From: an uncultured Gaiellales bacterium
GTDB taxonomy: Bacteria > Actinomycetota > Thermoleophilia > Gaiellales > Gaiellaceae
Direction: 5' to 3'
NCBI GenBank assembly: GCA_964623875.1
Contig: CAZUVW010000002.1
Span: 1-51,000 of the forward strand
DNA length: 51,000 nucleotides
Position 1 is the first letter of the stretch. The number at the start of each line of letters is the position of its first letter. The notes under the pieces are model-generated. The model was not told the origin of the DNA, made no database searches, and saw only the letters and a program-made list of their open reading frames with translations. Positions 1 through 8,936 of the stretch are shown here, in pieces. The position numbers and the translations under genes are program-made.

Positions 1-50
1 CACGAACTCGGCACGAAAACCCCTTGACAGCAACCGGTGTCTGGCACCGG
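1..50. repeat. Right end of a REPIN/MITE-like palindromic element, truncated by the window edge
   Basis: 42/50 nt identical to 28413-28462 by manual alignment. Ends in CCTTGACAG-N3-CCGGTGTCTGGCACCGG palindrome. Confidence 0.75.
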
Positions 51-94
51 AGCCCACCGGAGCCGGACGGGAGCCGTCGCCCAAGGGCGGGCGC

Positions 95-541
95 TCAGCG
101 GCGCAGCGTGAGGGCCGCCCCGACGACGAGCAAGGCGAGGCCGACTGCGCGGGCGGTGGTGACCGGGGCCTTGTCGAGCCCGAACCAGCCGAAGCGGTCG
201 ATCAGCGTCGCCATCAGGAGCTGCCCGGCGATCAGAAGGCCCGTCGTCGCGACCACGCCGACGCGCGGGGCCGCGACGGTGATCGCCAGGACGATCACGG
301 CGCCCATCAGCGCTCCCAGCCACATCCAGCGCGGCGAGGCCCAGGCGGCCTCGTAGCCGGCGAGGGAGCGGCGCGCGACGGCGAGCACCACGAGCGTGAT
401 CGCGGCGGTCAGGAGCGTCGAGAAGGCGAGCGCCTCGAGCGGCCCGATGCGGCTCCCGAACCGCCCCATCACGGCCACCTGCATCGCACCGGCGACGCCG
501 GCGACCAACGCGAGTCCTCCGGCGAGTCCCGACGATCCCAC
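95..541 (-). CDS. DMT family (YdcZ/DUF606-like) membrane transporter
   Basis: 148 aa, about 5 TM helices. Motifs Q..V..R.G..IG, PRWMWLG, GQLLMATLIDRFGWFG. Confidence 0.85.
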   Translation of the reverse strand: MGSSGLAGGLALVAGVAGAMQVAVMGRFGSRIGPLEALAFSTLLTAAITLVVLAVARRSLAGYEAAWASPRWMWLGALMGAVIVLAITVAAPRVGVVATTGLLIAGQLLMATLIDRFGWFGLDKAPVTTARAVGLALLVVGAALTLRR

Positions 542-591
542 GCGGCCACGCTACAAGCCGGCCCGGTCGGGCCCGGTGTACCCTCCTCCGC

Positions 592-1365
592 GTGAGCGAC
601 GTGGTGCTGACCCAGCGCGACGAGGCCGTGCTCACGATCACCTTGAACCGGCCCGCGTCGCTGAACGCGTTCACGCACGAGCTGCACGGAGCGCTGCACG
701 AGGCGCTGCTCTCCGCCCGCGACGAGGGCGTCCGCTGTGTCGTCGTCACGGGCGCCGGACGCGCGTTCTGCGCGGGACAGGATCTGACCGAGCTGGCGGC
801 GATCGCCGGCTCGGTGGGCGAGGCGCTCGAGGAGACCTACCACCCGAATCTCCGGCTGGTCCGCGAGCTCGAGAAGCCGGTGATCGCCGCCCTCAACGGC
901 GCGACCGCGGGGGCCGGCCTGTCGTTCGCCCTCGCCTGCGACGTCCGGATCGCATCCGACGCCGCGGTGCTCGTCCCGGGCTTCGTCGGCATCGGGCTCG
1001 TCCCGGACGCAGGCGGGTCATGGGCGCTCGAGCGGCTGCTCGGGCCGTCGCGGGCGTTCGACTGGATGGCCTCCAACCGCAGGCTCTCCGCCGACGAGGC
1101 GCTCGCGTGGGGCCTCGTCTCGGAGGTCGTCCCGGCGGACGCGTTCGCGGATCGGACCGCGGCGCTCGCGGCTGAGTGGGCGGCCCGGCCGACGGGCGCG
1201 GTCGCCGGGCTCAAGCGCCTGCTGGACGCCGCCCACGGGCGCGGCCTCGAGGCGCAGCTGGCCGACGAGGCCGCGGAGCAGCAGCACCGCGTCGAGTCGG
1301 CCGACTTCGCGGAGGGCGTGGCCGCCTTCCTGGAGACGCGCGCGCCGCGGTTCACCGGCTCCTGA
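592..1365 (+). CDS. Enoyl-CoA hydratase/isomerase (PaaG-like crotonase)
   Basis: LNRP..LNA, GRAFCAGQDL, KPVIAALNG.TAGAG, GLVPDAGG motifs. Confidence 0.92.
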   Translation: MSDVVLTQRDEAVLTITLNRPASLNAFTHELHGALHEALLSARDEGVRCVVVTGAGRAFCAGQDLTELAAIAGSVGEALEETYHPNLRLVRELEKPVIAALNGATAGAGLSFALACDVRIASDAAVLVPGFVGIGLVPDAGGSWALERLLGPSRAFDWMASNRRLSADEALAWGLVSEVVPADAFADRTAALAAEWAARPTGAVAGLKRLLDAAHGRGLEAQLADEAAEQQHRVESADFAEGVAAFLETRAPRFTGS

Positions 1366-1375
1366 GCGCCGCCTC

Positions 1376-2005
1376 GTGACCGCGACGGGGGGACAGACCT
1401 CGCCGGCCCGCCCCAGGAGCGTCGCGACGGCAGCCGGCGCCGGTCGTCCACGGCTCGTGGTGGAGGACGACCTCCGGCGCGGCCGGCTCGTGTCGCTCCT
1501 GCGGATCCCGCTCGCCGTGCCGCACGTGCTCTGGCTCGGGGCGTGGACGGCGCTCGCCCTCGTGGCGCTCCTCGTCAGCTGGCTCGCCGCGCTCGGCTCC
1601 GGCCGGCTTCCCGGTGGGCTGCACCGGTTCCTCGCCGCGTACGCGCGTGCGGTCACCCACCTCGTCGCGTTCACGACGGGAGCCGCGAACCCCTTCCCGG
1701 GGTTCCTCGGCGTCCTCCCCTACCCGGTCGACGTCGTCCTCCCGGCACCGTCGCCTCAGCGGCGGGCGACGGTCGCGGCGCGCCCGATCCTCGCCGTGCC
1801 CGTCGTCGCGCTCGCGGTCGGGCTCGCGCTCGTCCTCGCCGTGTGCGCGATCCCAGGGTGGACAGCGTCCGTCGCGCTCGGCCGGATGCCTGCCGGGCTG
1901 CACGGCGTCCTCGTCGCCTGCGTGCGCCACCTCGCGCTCACCGCGGCGTACGTGCTCCTCCTCACCGAGCGCTACCCTCGGCCCGGGACGGACAGCGGCG
2001 CATGA
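1376..2005 (+). CDS. DUF4389-like membrane protein
   Basis: Two internal repeats of R..LA(V/I)P...W...GR(L/M)P.GLH ending in YP. ATGA overlap with the next gene. Confidence 0.75.
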   Translation: MTATGGQTSPARPRSVATAAGAGRPRLVVEDDLRRGRLVSLLRIPLAVPHVLWLGAWTALALVALLVSWLAALGSGRLPGGLHRFLAAYARAVTHLVAFTTGAANPFPGFLGVLPYPVDVVLPAPSPQRRATVAARPILAVPVVALAVGLALVLAVCAIPGWTASVALGRMPAGLHGVLVACVRHLALTAAYVLLLTERYPRPGTDSGA

Positions 2006-2967
2006 CGATCACCGTCACCGACTACCACACCGGCGGCGAGCCCTTCCGGATCGTCACGGGAGGCGTCGAGCCGCTCGCCGGCGGGACGGTGCTCGAGCGT
2101 CGGCGGCACGCCGCGAAGCACCTCGACCACGTCCGGCGGCTCCTCGTGCTCGAGCCGCGCGGGCACGCCGACATGTACGGCTGTCACGTCGTGCCCCCCG
2201 ACGACGCCGGGGCCGACCTCGGCGTCGTCTTCTTCCACAACGCGGGCTATTCGACGGCGTGCGGCCACGGGACGATCGCGCTGGTCACCTGGGCGCTCGA
2301 CGAGGGCGTGGTCGAGCGGCGCGAGGGCGAGAACCGGATCGTCGTCGACGTCCCGTCGGGTCGGCTGGAGACCATCGCGACCGTGACCGCGGGGAAGGTC
2401 GTCTCGGTCAGGTTCCGCAACGTCCCGTCGTTCGTCTGGGGGCGCGGTCTGGCGGCCGCCGGGCGGACGGTCGACGTCGCGTTCGGAGGAGCGTTCTACG
2501 CGTCGCTCGAGGAGCGGGTCGCCCCGGAGGAGCTCCCGCGCCTGATCGCGCTCGGCCGCGCGATCAAGCACGACCTCGAGGCGGCGCACCCGCCCGAGCA
2601 CCCCCTGGAGCCCGAGCTGCGCGATCTCTACGGGGTGATCTTCTGGCAGCAGGAGGCCGACGAGCCGCTCACCCAGCGCAACGTGACCGTGTTCGCCGAC
2701 GGCGAGGTCGACCGCTCGCCGTGCGGCTCCGGGACGTCCGCCCGCCTGGCCCTGCTCGACGCCGACGGTCGGCTCCCGCGGGGCGCCGAGCTCCGCCACC
2801 TGTCGATCATCGGCTCGGCCTTCACCGGACGCGTCGTCGCCGAGGCGGAGGTCGCGGGGAGGCCGGCGGTGGTCACCGAGGTGGAGGGGCGGGCGTTCCG
2901 GACAGGCTCGGCCGTCTTCGGGCTCGATCCCGACGATCCGCTCGGCGAGGGGTTCCTGCTCCGGTAG
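2002..2967 (+). CDS. Proline racemase / hydroxyproline epimerase family protein (Cys/Cys type)
   Basis: DYHTGGEPFR, EPRGHADMYG, STACGHG, DRSPCGSGTSAR. Start ATG at 2002. Confidence 0.9.
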   Translation: MTITVTDYHTGGEPFRIVTGGVEPLAGGTVLERRRHAAKHLDHVRRLLVLEPRGHADMYGCHVVPPDDAGADLGVVFFHNAGYSTACGHGTIALVTWALDEGVVERREGENRIVVDVPSGRLETIATVTAGKVVSVRFRNVPSFVWGRGLAAAGRTVDVAFGGAFYASLEERVAPEELPRLIALGRAIKHDLEAAHPPEHPLEPELRDLYGVIFWQQEADEPLTQRNVTVFADGEVDRSPCGSGTSARLALLDADGRLPRGAELRHLSIIGSAFTGRVVAEAEVAGRPAVVTEVEGRAFRTGSAVFGLDPDDPLGEGFLLR

Positions 2968-3043
2968 CGGCGCGGGACGCGAGGTGCCGGCAGCGCAGGT
3001 TCCGACCGGCTGTCGGGTCCGGGGTGGCGGGCGGCGCCCGGCC

Positions 3044-3268
3044 CTACGACCGAGCCTCGACGAGGCGGGCGACCTCGCCGGGCACGGGGAAGCGTCCGGC
3101 GAGCCGCTTCGAGAAGATCCTCTCGCCGGCGAGCGAGACGTCGAACTGGCTCTGGGCTCCGGCGATCACGACTGCCTCGACCCCGACAGCCTGCAGCTCG
3201 GCCGCGACACGCGCGGCCTCGACGTCGTAGCCGCTTCAGACGGGGCAGTAACGGATCTCGACCGGCAC
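3044..3268 (-). CDS. Rdx (SelW/SelT/SelH-like) selenoprotein, 74 aa, in-frame UGA read as Sec
   Basis: MPVEIRYCPVU(TGA 3238-3236)SGY...QFDVSLAGERIFSKRLAGRFP..GEV. CxxU motif plus Rdx C-terminal signature. TACGGT -10 lies 6 nt before the GTG. Confidence 0.88.
3200..3218 (-). promoter_or_regulatory. Putative bacterial SECIS hairpin
   Basis: GGCCGCG-CGUGU-CGCGGCC. Stem starts 17 nt after the UGA; the GU-containing loop is 24 nt from it. Confidence 0.7.
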
Positions 3269-3362
3269 AGTCCGACCGTACCGGTCCGAGGCGCCGACGG
3301 GGCGCAGAGGAGGTGAGCCGAGCGCGCATCGACGCCGACGAGCCGGTCGCTATCGTCGGCGC

Positions 3363-4226
3363 GTGTCCGGCGTCCTCATCGTCAACCCGTTCGCGACCGG
3401 GGTGTCCGAGGAGCGGCTCGCGGCGGTGCAGCACGCGTTGCCGCAGCCGCTCGCCACGATCCTCACCAAGGGGCAGGGCGACGCGACGGAGCTCGCCCGC
3501 GAGCTCGACGGGACGGTGGACGCGATCTACGTGTTCTCGGGTGACGGCACCTACAACGAGGTCCTGAACGGGGTGTCCGGAGCGGGCAGCGCCATCGGCT
3601 TCGTCCCGGGAGGGGGCACGAGCGTGCTCCCGCGGGCGCTCGGCCTGCCCCGCGACCCTGTCGCTGCGGCGTCGAGGGTCGCTGCGGGCCGGACGCGCCG
3701 GATCGCCCTCGGTCGCGCCAACGGTCGGCGCTTCGGGTTCAGCGCGGGCGTCGGGCTCGACGCGGAGCTCGTCAGACGGGTCGACAGGCTGGGCCGGGGG
3801 CCAGACGGGAGGCGACCCGGCGACGCCGCGTTCGTGCGTGAGGCGCTGGGGATGCTGAGATCGCACCGCGGCCGCTTCGTCCCGGTGCTCGAGCTCGTCG
3901 GCGTCGGCCGCGCCGCGTTCGCGCTCGTGGCGAACTGCGATCCGTACACCTACGCGGGCCGGCTCGGGCTGCACCTCGCGCCTCGTGCCCGCTTCGAGGG
4001 AGGGCTCGACGTCGTCGCGCCGGAGCGGCTCACGCTGCTGACCCTGCCGCTGCTCGCCTGGTGGGCGCTCGGGCGGGGCGGTCGCCATGTCCGAGCACAC
4101 GACGTCGATCGGCTCGAGATCGCGTGCGACGCGCCGCTGCCGATGCAGCTCGACGGCGAGGACGTGGGCGACGTGGAGCACGTCGTCGTCGAGGCCGAGC
4201 GGGACGCCGTGGCCGTCTTCGTCTGA
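3363..4226 (+). CDS. Diacylglycerol/lipid kinase family (DAGKc) protein
   Basis: IVNP, SGDGTYNEVLNG, PGGGT.V..RALG, G.GLDA, QLDGE motifs. Confidence 0.9.
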   Translation: MSGVLIVNPFATGVSEERLAAVQHALPQPLATILTKGQGDATELARELDGTVDAIYVFSGDGTYNEVLNGVSGAGSAIGFVPGGGTSVLPRALGLPRDPVAAASRVAAGRTRRIALGRANGRRFGFSAGVGLDAELVRRVDRLGRGPDGRRPGDAAFVREALGMLRSHRGRFVPVLELVGVGRAAFALVANCDPYTYAGRLGLHLAPRARFEGGLDVVAPERLTLLTLPLLAWWALGRGGRHVRAHDVDRLEIACDAPLPMQLDGEDVGDVEHVVVEAERDAVAVFV

Positions 4227-4276
4227 CGGCAGCTCGGCCCCGCAGCGGTCGGAGGGCGGGCCGTACACTGCCACCC

Positions 4277-4693
4277 GTGGGCGACTGGTACGAGATCGGC
4301 GTCGCGCTGGGGCTCGGCGTGGCCGCGGGCGTGCTGCTCGCCGGTGTGCTCGCCGCGTGGCGCTACGGCCTGCTGCTCTCCGTGGCGGGCGCGCTCGGGA
4401 TCGGGCTCGTCGCGGGCCTGCTGCTGAAGGGCTGGCTGGGGCTGCCCGGCGGCGTGATCGGCGGGGTCATCGGCGCGCTGTCGGCATCCGTGATCGCGCG
4501 CGGCGCGCTGCGGCGCGGCGGTGCGCCGGGAGGAACGGCCTTCCTGATCGGCTCGTCGGCGATCGCGATCGCGATGCTCTCGCTCATCCCGGTCGTCGGG
4601 TACGTCGTCGCCGTCGCCGTGCCCGTGCTCGCCGTACGGCGCGCGCGCCAGGAGCCCGAGCGGTACGCGGGGCTCCGCACGCTGGCGAAGTGA
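4277..4693 (+). CDS. Hypothetical multi-pass membrane protein
   Basis: Gly-rich hydrophobic helices, C-terminal ERYAGLRTL. TACACT -10 7 nt upstream; GTGA overlap with the next gene. Confidence 0.75.
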   Translation: MGDWYEIGVALGLGVAAGVLLAGVLAAWRYGLLLSVAGALGIGLVAGLLLKGWLGLPGGVIGGVIGALSASVIARGALRRGGAPGGTAFLIGSSAIAIAMLSLIPVVGYVVAVAVPVLAVRRARQEPERYAGLRTLAK

Positions 4694-6033
4694 CGTCCCG
4701 GAAGCTCGTCCTCGCCGTCGTGGACGGGCTGACCCCCGGGATGCTCGAGGGGGCCGCCGCCGCGGGTCTCGTCCCGACGCTCGCGGCCGTGGCCGAGCGA
4801 GGCTCGACCGGGCGTGCGATCTCGACGTTCCCGTCGCTGACCCCCGTCTGCCTCTCGTCGATCGCGACGGGCGCCCACGGCGACGTGCACGAGATCCCCC
4901 ACCTCGTCTGGTGGCACCGCCAGGACCGGCGGATCGTGGAGTACGGCTCCTCGTTCGGCGCCGTCCGCGCAGCCGGCATCGGTCGCTCGCTGCGCGACAC
5001 GGTCGTCGAGATGAACGCGCGTCACCTCGGGCGGGGTGCGGTCACCGTGTTCGAGGCGCTGGCCGATGCCGGGCTGCGAACAGCCGCGGTCAACTTCACT
5101 GCATACCGTGGCCGCTCACCCCATCGCTCGTCGCTGCTCCCGCTCGGAACCGTGCTCGGCCCAGAGCAGTTCTTCTTCTACAACCTCTTCGGCTCCGAGC
5201 GCACCGGCGCACCGTTGTCCTTCCGGAAGCGCTCTGCGGGCACGATCGACCGCTACGCGACCGCGGTCGGGCGCTGGCTCGTCACGCGGGACGCCTTCGA
5301 CTTCCTCCTCTTCTACCTCTCCGACTACGACTACGCCTCGCATGCCGCCGGCCCCGACCGCGCGCACGACGCCCTCGTCGACTGCGATGCCGCGCTCGGC
5401 GAGCTCGCGGCCGCCGCCGGAGGGCTCGACGCCTTCCTCGAGCGCTACGCCCTGCTCGTGATCGCCGACCACGGGCAGACGGCGGTGACGGACGTCGTCT
5501 CGCTCGTCGAGCCCTTCCGTCACCTCGACGGGCTGTTCGTCGGAGCGTCGAACCGCGCCGCAGGCGTCTACCGCCTCACCGACGCCGCGCCGCTCCCGGC
5601 CGCGCTCGCGCGCCGCCTCGACGGCGAGACCTCGGTGGACGTCTGCTTCTACCGTGAGGGGGAGGAGGTGGTCGCGCGCCGCGGCGGAGAGGACGTGAGG
5701 ATCCTCCAAGACGGTGGAGGGCTCCGGCTCGAGGGCGATCCTGGGCTGCTCGACCATCCCGACGCGCTCGCGCGCATCTGGGCCTCGGCGCGCTGCCCGA
5801 ACGCGGGCGACCTGCTCGTCTCGGCGGCCGACGGGTTCGAGTTCTCCGACCTCGGCGGTCGGCACCACCTCGGCGGCGGCTCGCACGGATCGCTGCTCGC
5901 CGGCGACTCCGTGGTGCCGGTGCTCGCAGTCGGGCTGCCGGAGCTGCCGCGGAGCATCGTCGACGTCTCGCCGCTCGTGCTCGCGCACTTCGGCGTCGAG
6001 CCTCCCGCCTACGCGCTTGACCGCGCTGCCTGA
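4690..6033 (+). CDS. Alkaline phosphatase superfamily / nucleotide pyrophosphatase-phosphodiesterase
   Basis: VVDGL, STFPSLTP (Thr nucleophile), DYASH, ADHG, GGSHGSL. Confidence 0.85.
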   Translation: MTSRKLVLAVVDGLTPGMLEGAAAAGLVPTLAAVAERGSTGRAISTFPSLTPVCLSSIATGAHGDVHEIPHLVWWHRQDRRIVEYGSSFGAVRAAGIGRSLRDTVVEMNARHLGRGAVTVFEALADAGLRTAAVNFTAYRGRSPHRSSLLPLGTVLGPEQFFFYNLFGSERTGAPLSFRKRSAGTIDRYATAVGRWLVTRDAFDFLLFYLSDYDYASHAAGPDRAHDALVDCDAALGELAAAAGGLDAFLERYALLVIADHGQTAVTDVVSLVEPFRHLDGLFVGASNRAAGVYRLTDAAPLPAALARRLDGETSVDVCFYREGEEVVARRGGEDVRILQDGGGLRLEGDPGLLDHPDALARIWASARCPNAGDLLVSAADGFEFSDLGGRHHLGGGSHGSLLAGDSVVPVLAVGLPELPRSIVDVSPLVLAHFGVEPPAYALDRAA

Positions 6034-6661
6034 CCCGTTCGCTCCGGCTCGGGCCCGGATGGTCGAGCGCCAGCTGCGCCGGCGCGGCATCCGCGACGAG
6101 CGCGTCCTGGAGGCGATGGCGTGGGTGCCGCGCGAGGCGTTCGTCCCCGTGGAGCTGCAGCGCGAGGCGTACGCTGACATGGCGCTGCCGATCGGTCACG
6201 GCCAGACGATCAGCCAGCCGTTCGTCGTCGCCACGATGCTCGCGCTGGTCGCGCCCGTGCCAGGCGATCGGGCGCTCGACATCGGCACCGGGTCGGGCTA
6301 CGCGGCGGCGCTGCTGGCAGCGCTCGGCGCGGAGGTCGTCTCCATCGAGCGCATCGCGCTGCTCGCGGACCGCGCGCGGAACGCGCTCGCCGGCGTCGTC
6401 GGCGACCGCGTGGAGGTGCGCGTCGGCGACGGGCGGCTGGGCGCTCCCGACAGGGCGCCGTTCGACGTCGTCACGGTCGCGGCGGCTGCGCCGGAGGTGC
6501 CGCCCGCGCTCGTGGAGCAGCTCGCGGACGGCGGGAGGCTGGTGATGCCGGTCGGGGGCGTGGGCGGCCAGCGGCTGATGCTCCTCACGCGGGACGGGCC
6601 CGCGCTGCGCGACCGCCAGGGCCTCGCCTGCCGGTTCGTCCCGCTCGTCGCCGGACCGTGA
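6017..6661 (+). CDS. pcm: Protein-L-isoaspartate O-methyltransferase
   Basis: VPREAFVP, AY.D..LPIG.GQTISQP, LDIGTGSGY, APFD...V.AA, CRFVPL. Start is TTG 6017 or ATG 6059. Confidence 0.93.
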   Translation: MTALPDPFAPARARMVERQLRRRGIRDERVLEAMAWVPREAFVPVELQREAYADMALPIGHGQTISQPFVVATMLALVAPVPGDRALDIGTGSGYAAALLAALGAEVVSIERIALLADRARNALAGVVGDRVEVRVGDGRLGAPDRAPFDVVTVAAAAPEVPPALVEQLADGGRLVMPVGGVGGQRLMLLTRDGPALRDRQGLACRFVPLVAGP

Positions 6662-7140
6662 GCGATCCCCTGCGTCGGCTACCCTCGCCCGACCCGATGG
6701 AGGAGCCGGCCACCACCACCGTCGAGCGCGCCCGCGGGCCCGTCGAGTCCGCCCTGCGGCGGCGCGCGAACTGGGAGCAGCTCGTCAAGTTCTGCGTCGT
6801 CGGCGCCAGCGGCTACGTCGTCAACCTGGCGGTGTTCGCGCTGCTCGTCCGCGGCGCGGGGCTGCACTACACCGTCGCCGCCGTCGGCTCGTTCGTCGTC
6901 GCCGTGACGAACAACTACCTCTGGAACCGCCTGTGGACGTTCCGGTCGCAGCGCGGCCACGTCATGTGGCAGGGCGCCCGGTTCCTCGTCGTCTCGATCA
7001 CGGCGCTCGTCGCGAACCTGGTCGTCCTGGCGGCCCTCGTCGCGCTCGGGATCGACGAGCTCGTCGCGCAGGCGATCGCGATCGTGCTCGTGACGCCGGT
7101 GAACTTCGTGGGCAACAAGCTGTGGTCGTTCCGGCGCTGA
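6658..7140 (+). CDS. GtrA family (lipid-linked sugar flippase-like) protein
   Basis: KFCVVG..G.VVN, NNYLWNRLWTF, NF..NKLWSF; 4 TM helices. Confidence 0.9.
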   Translation: MSDPLRRLPSPDPMEEPATTTVERARGPVESALRRRANWEQLVKFCVVGASGYVVNLAVFALLVRGAGLHYTVAAVGSFVVAVTNNYLWNRLWTFRSQRGHVMWQGARFLVVSITALVANLVVLAALVALGIDELVAQAIAIVLVTPVNFVGNKLWSFRR

Positions 7141-7174
7141 GCGCCGGCCGACGCAGGGGCGCGCGGAGCGCGCG

Positions 7175-8914
7175 GTGAGGAGCGTGCTGCGCGGGGCCGC
7201 GTGGAGGGCAGTGCTCGCCCTGCTCGTCCTCGCCCTCGTTCCCGCCGGCGCTGCGGCTGCGGACGGGTCGGCGCCCACCCCCGGGCCGCGCCTCGACGCC
7301 GAGCAGGCGCTCGGCGCGGCACTCGGCGACCCGCGTGTCGCGCGCTGGCTGGAGCGGTATCCACCCGACCCCACGACCGACGCCGACTACGACGCGGAGC
7401 GCGAGACGTGGGAGGTGAAGGCGTGGTCGGGCAAGGCGGGGCAGGTCGTCCTCGCGGTCGTGGACGACGGCACCGGGAGCGTGACCGAGGCCTGGGTCGG
7501 GCCGCAGGTCGCGTGGAAGATGGCCCGGGGCCGGCCGGGCGCGTTCGGAGGGCGGACGCTGACGTCGTGGCCGGTGTGGCTGGGCCTGACGCTGGTGTTC
7601 CTCGTGGGTCTCGGCGACCTGCGGCGGCCGCTCTCGCTGCGCAACCTCGACCTGATCGCGCTCGTCTCGTTCGGCGCGTCGCTGGGCTTCTTCAACGCGG
7701 GGCGGATCTTCGCGAGCACCTCGCTCGCGGTGCCGCCGCTGCTGTATCTCGCGGTGCGCACGGCCTGGATCGGCCTGCGCTCGCGTCCGCTGCCCGCGGT
7801 GCGAGCCGTGTGGCCCGCGTGGGTTCTGCTCGCGGCGACGCTCTTCCTCGTCGGCTTCCGCGTCGGTCTGAACGTGCAGACCCCCGGCTCGGTGATCGAC
7901 GTCGGGTACGCCGGCGTGATCGGCGCCGACCGGATCCTGGACGGCCGCGCGCCCTGGGGCGCGATGCCGCAGCGCGACGGGCTCGAGACCTGCGGGACGA
8001 TCGGTCCCGACGGCGAGCCGCGCGGGCGGATCCAGTCGAACGGCCGGTGCGAGACGCCGAACCCGCGCGGCGACACCTACGGCCCCGTCGGCTACCTCGT
8101 CTACGTCCCGGCCGTCGCGGTCTTCGGCTGGAGCGGCCGGTGGGACTCGCTCCCCGCAGCGCACGCGACGTCGATCGCCCTCGACCTCGTCACCCTGCTC
8201 GGGCTCGTCCTCGTCGGACTCCGTCTCGGCGGCATCCGCCTCGCTGCGGTGCTCTCGTTCGCGTGGGCCGCGTACCCGTTCACGGCGTACGTGCTGCTCG
8301 CCAACACGAACGACGCGCTCATGCCCGCGGCGCTGGTCTGGGGCTTCTGGCTGGCGTCGTCACCTGCGGCGCGGGGCGCCGCGAGCGCGGCCGCGGGCTG
8401 GGCGAAGCTCGCCACGCTGGCCACCGTGCCGCTCTGGCTCACCTATCCCGACGGGCCGACGAGGCGGGGTGCCGCACGGTTCGTCGCGGCGTTCGTCGCC
8501 GCGAGCCTGGTCGCGTTCACGGTGCTGGCGCTCGAGCCCTCGCTCGTGGAGGCGCTCCGGACCTTCTGGGAGCGGACGCTCGGCTTCCAGCTCGAGCGCC
8601 GCTCGCCGTTCTCCGTCTGGGGCTGGGGGCAGCACCACGCGCAGGGGATCCCGGACCTCGGCTGGCTCCAGCGCGCGGTGCAGGCCGCGGCGCTCGTCCT
8701 CGCCGGCGTGGCGGCGGCGATCCCGCGGCGCAAGGGCCCGCTCGAGCTCGCCGCGCTCACGGCGGCGATCCTCCTCGCGGTGCAGCTCTCGCTCACCCAC
8801 TGGTTCTACCTCTACCTGCCGTGGGCCCTGCCCTTCGTCGTCATGGCGCTGTTCCTGCCGCGCACCGGGTCCGGCCCACGTGTGCCGCCCGTGACCTCGG
8901 ACACCGTGTCGTAG
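7175..8914 (+). CDS. GT-C fold membrane glycosyltransferase (GT87-like) with N-terminal extracytoplasmic domain
   Basis: Signal peptide, many TM helices, DV..AG..GA..IL.G..PW, YGPV.YL, NTND, AK, WFYLYLPW. Follows gtrA. Confidence 0.7.
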   Translation: MRSVLRGAAWRAVLALLVLALVPAGAAAADGSAPTPGPRLDAEQALGAALGDPRVARWLERYPPDPTTDADYDAERETWEVKAWSGKAGQVVLAVVDDGTGSVTEAWVGPQVAWKMARGRPGAFGGRTLTSWPVWLGLTLVFLVGLGDLRRPLSLRNLDLIALVSFGASLGFFNAGRIFASTSLAVPPLLYLAVRTAWIGLRSRPLPAVRAVWPAWVLLAATLFLVGFRVGLNVQTPGSVIDVGYAGVIGADRILDGRAPWGAMPQRDGLETCGTIGPDGEPRGRIQSNGRCETPNPRGDTYGPVGYLVYVPAVAVFGWSGRWDSLPAAHATSIALDLVTLLGLVLVGLRLGGIRLAAVLSFAWAAYPFTAYVLLANTNDALMPAALVWGFWLASSPAARGAASAAAGWAKLATLATVPLWLTYPDGPTRRGAARFVAAFVAASLVAFTVLALEPSLVEALRTFWERTLGFQLERRSPFSVWGWGQHHAQGIPDLGWLQRAVQAAALVLAGVAAAIPRRKGPLELAALTAAILLAVQLSLTHWFYLYLPWALPFVVMALFLPRTGSGPRVPPVTSDTVS

Positions 8915-8936
8915 GGTGGGGCAAGCCCCGCCCTAC
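8911..8936. repeat. GTAG-type REP palindrome, possibly a bidirectional terminator
   Basis: GTAGGGTGGGGC-AA-GCCCCGCCCTAC. Supplies the stop codons of both convergent genes; same core as 13354-13377. Confidence 0.75.

Noticed and set aside
2984-3316. 110-aa plus-strand ORF from the track
   Set aside because: It is the antisense shadow of the minus-strand Rdx selenoprotein and has no recognisable motifs.
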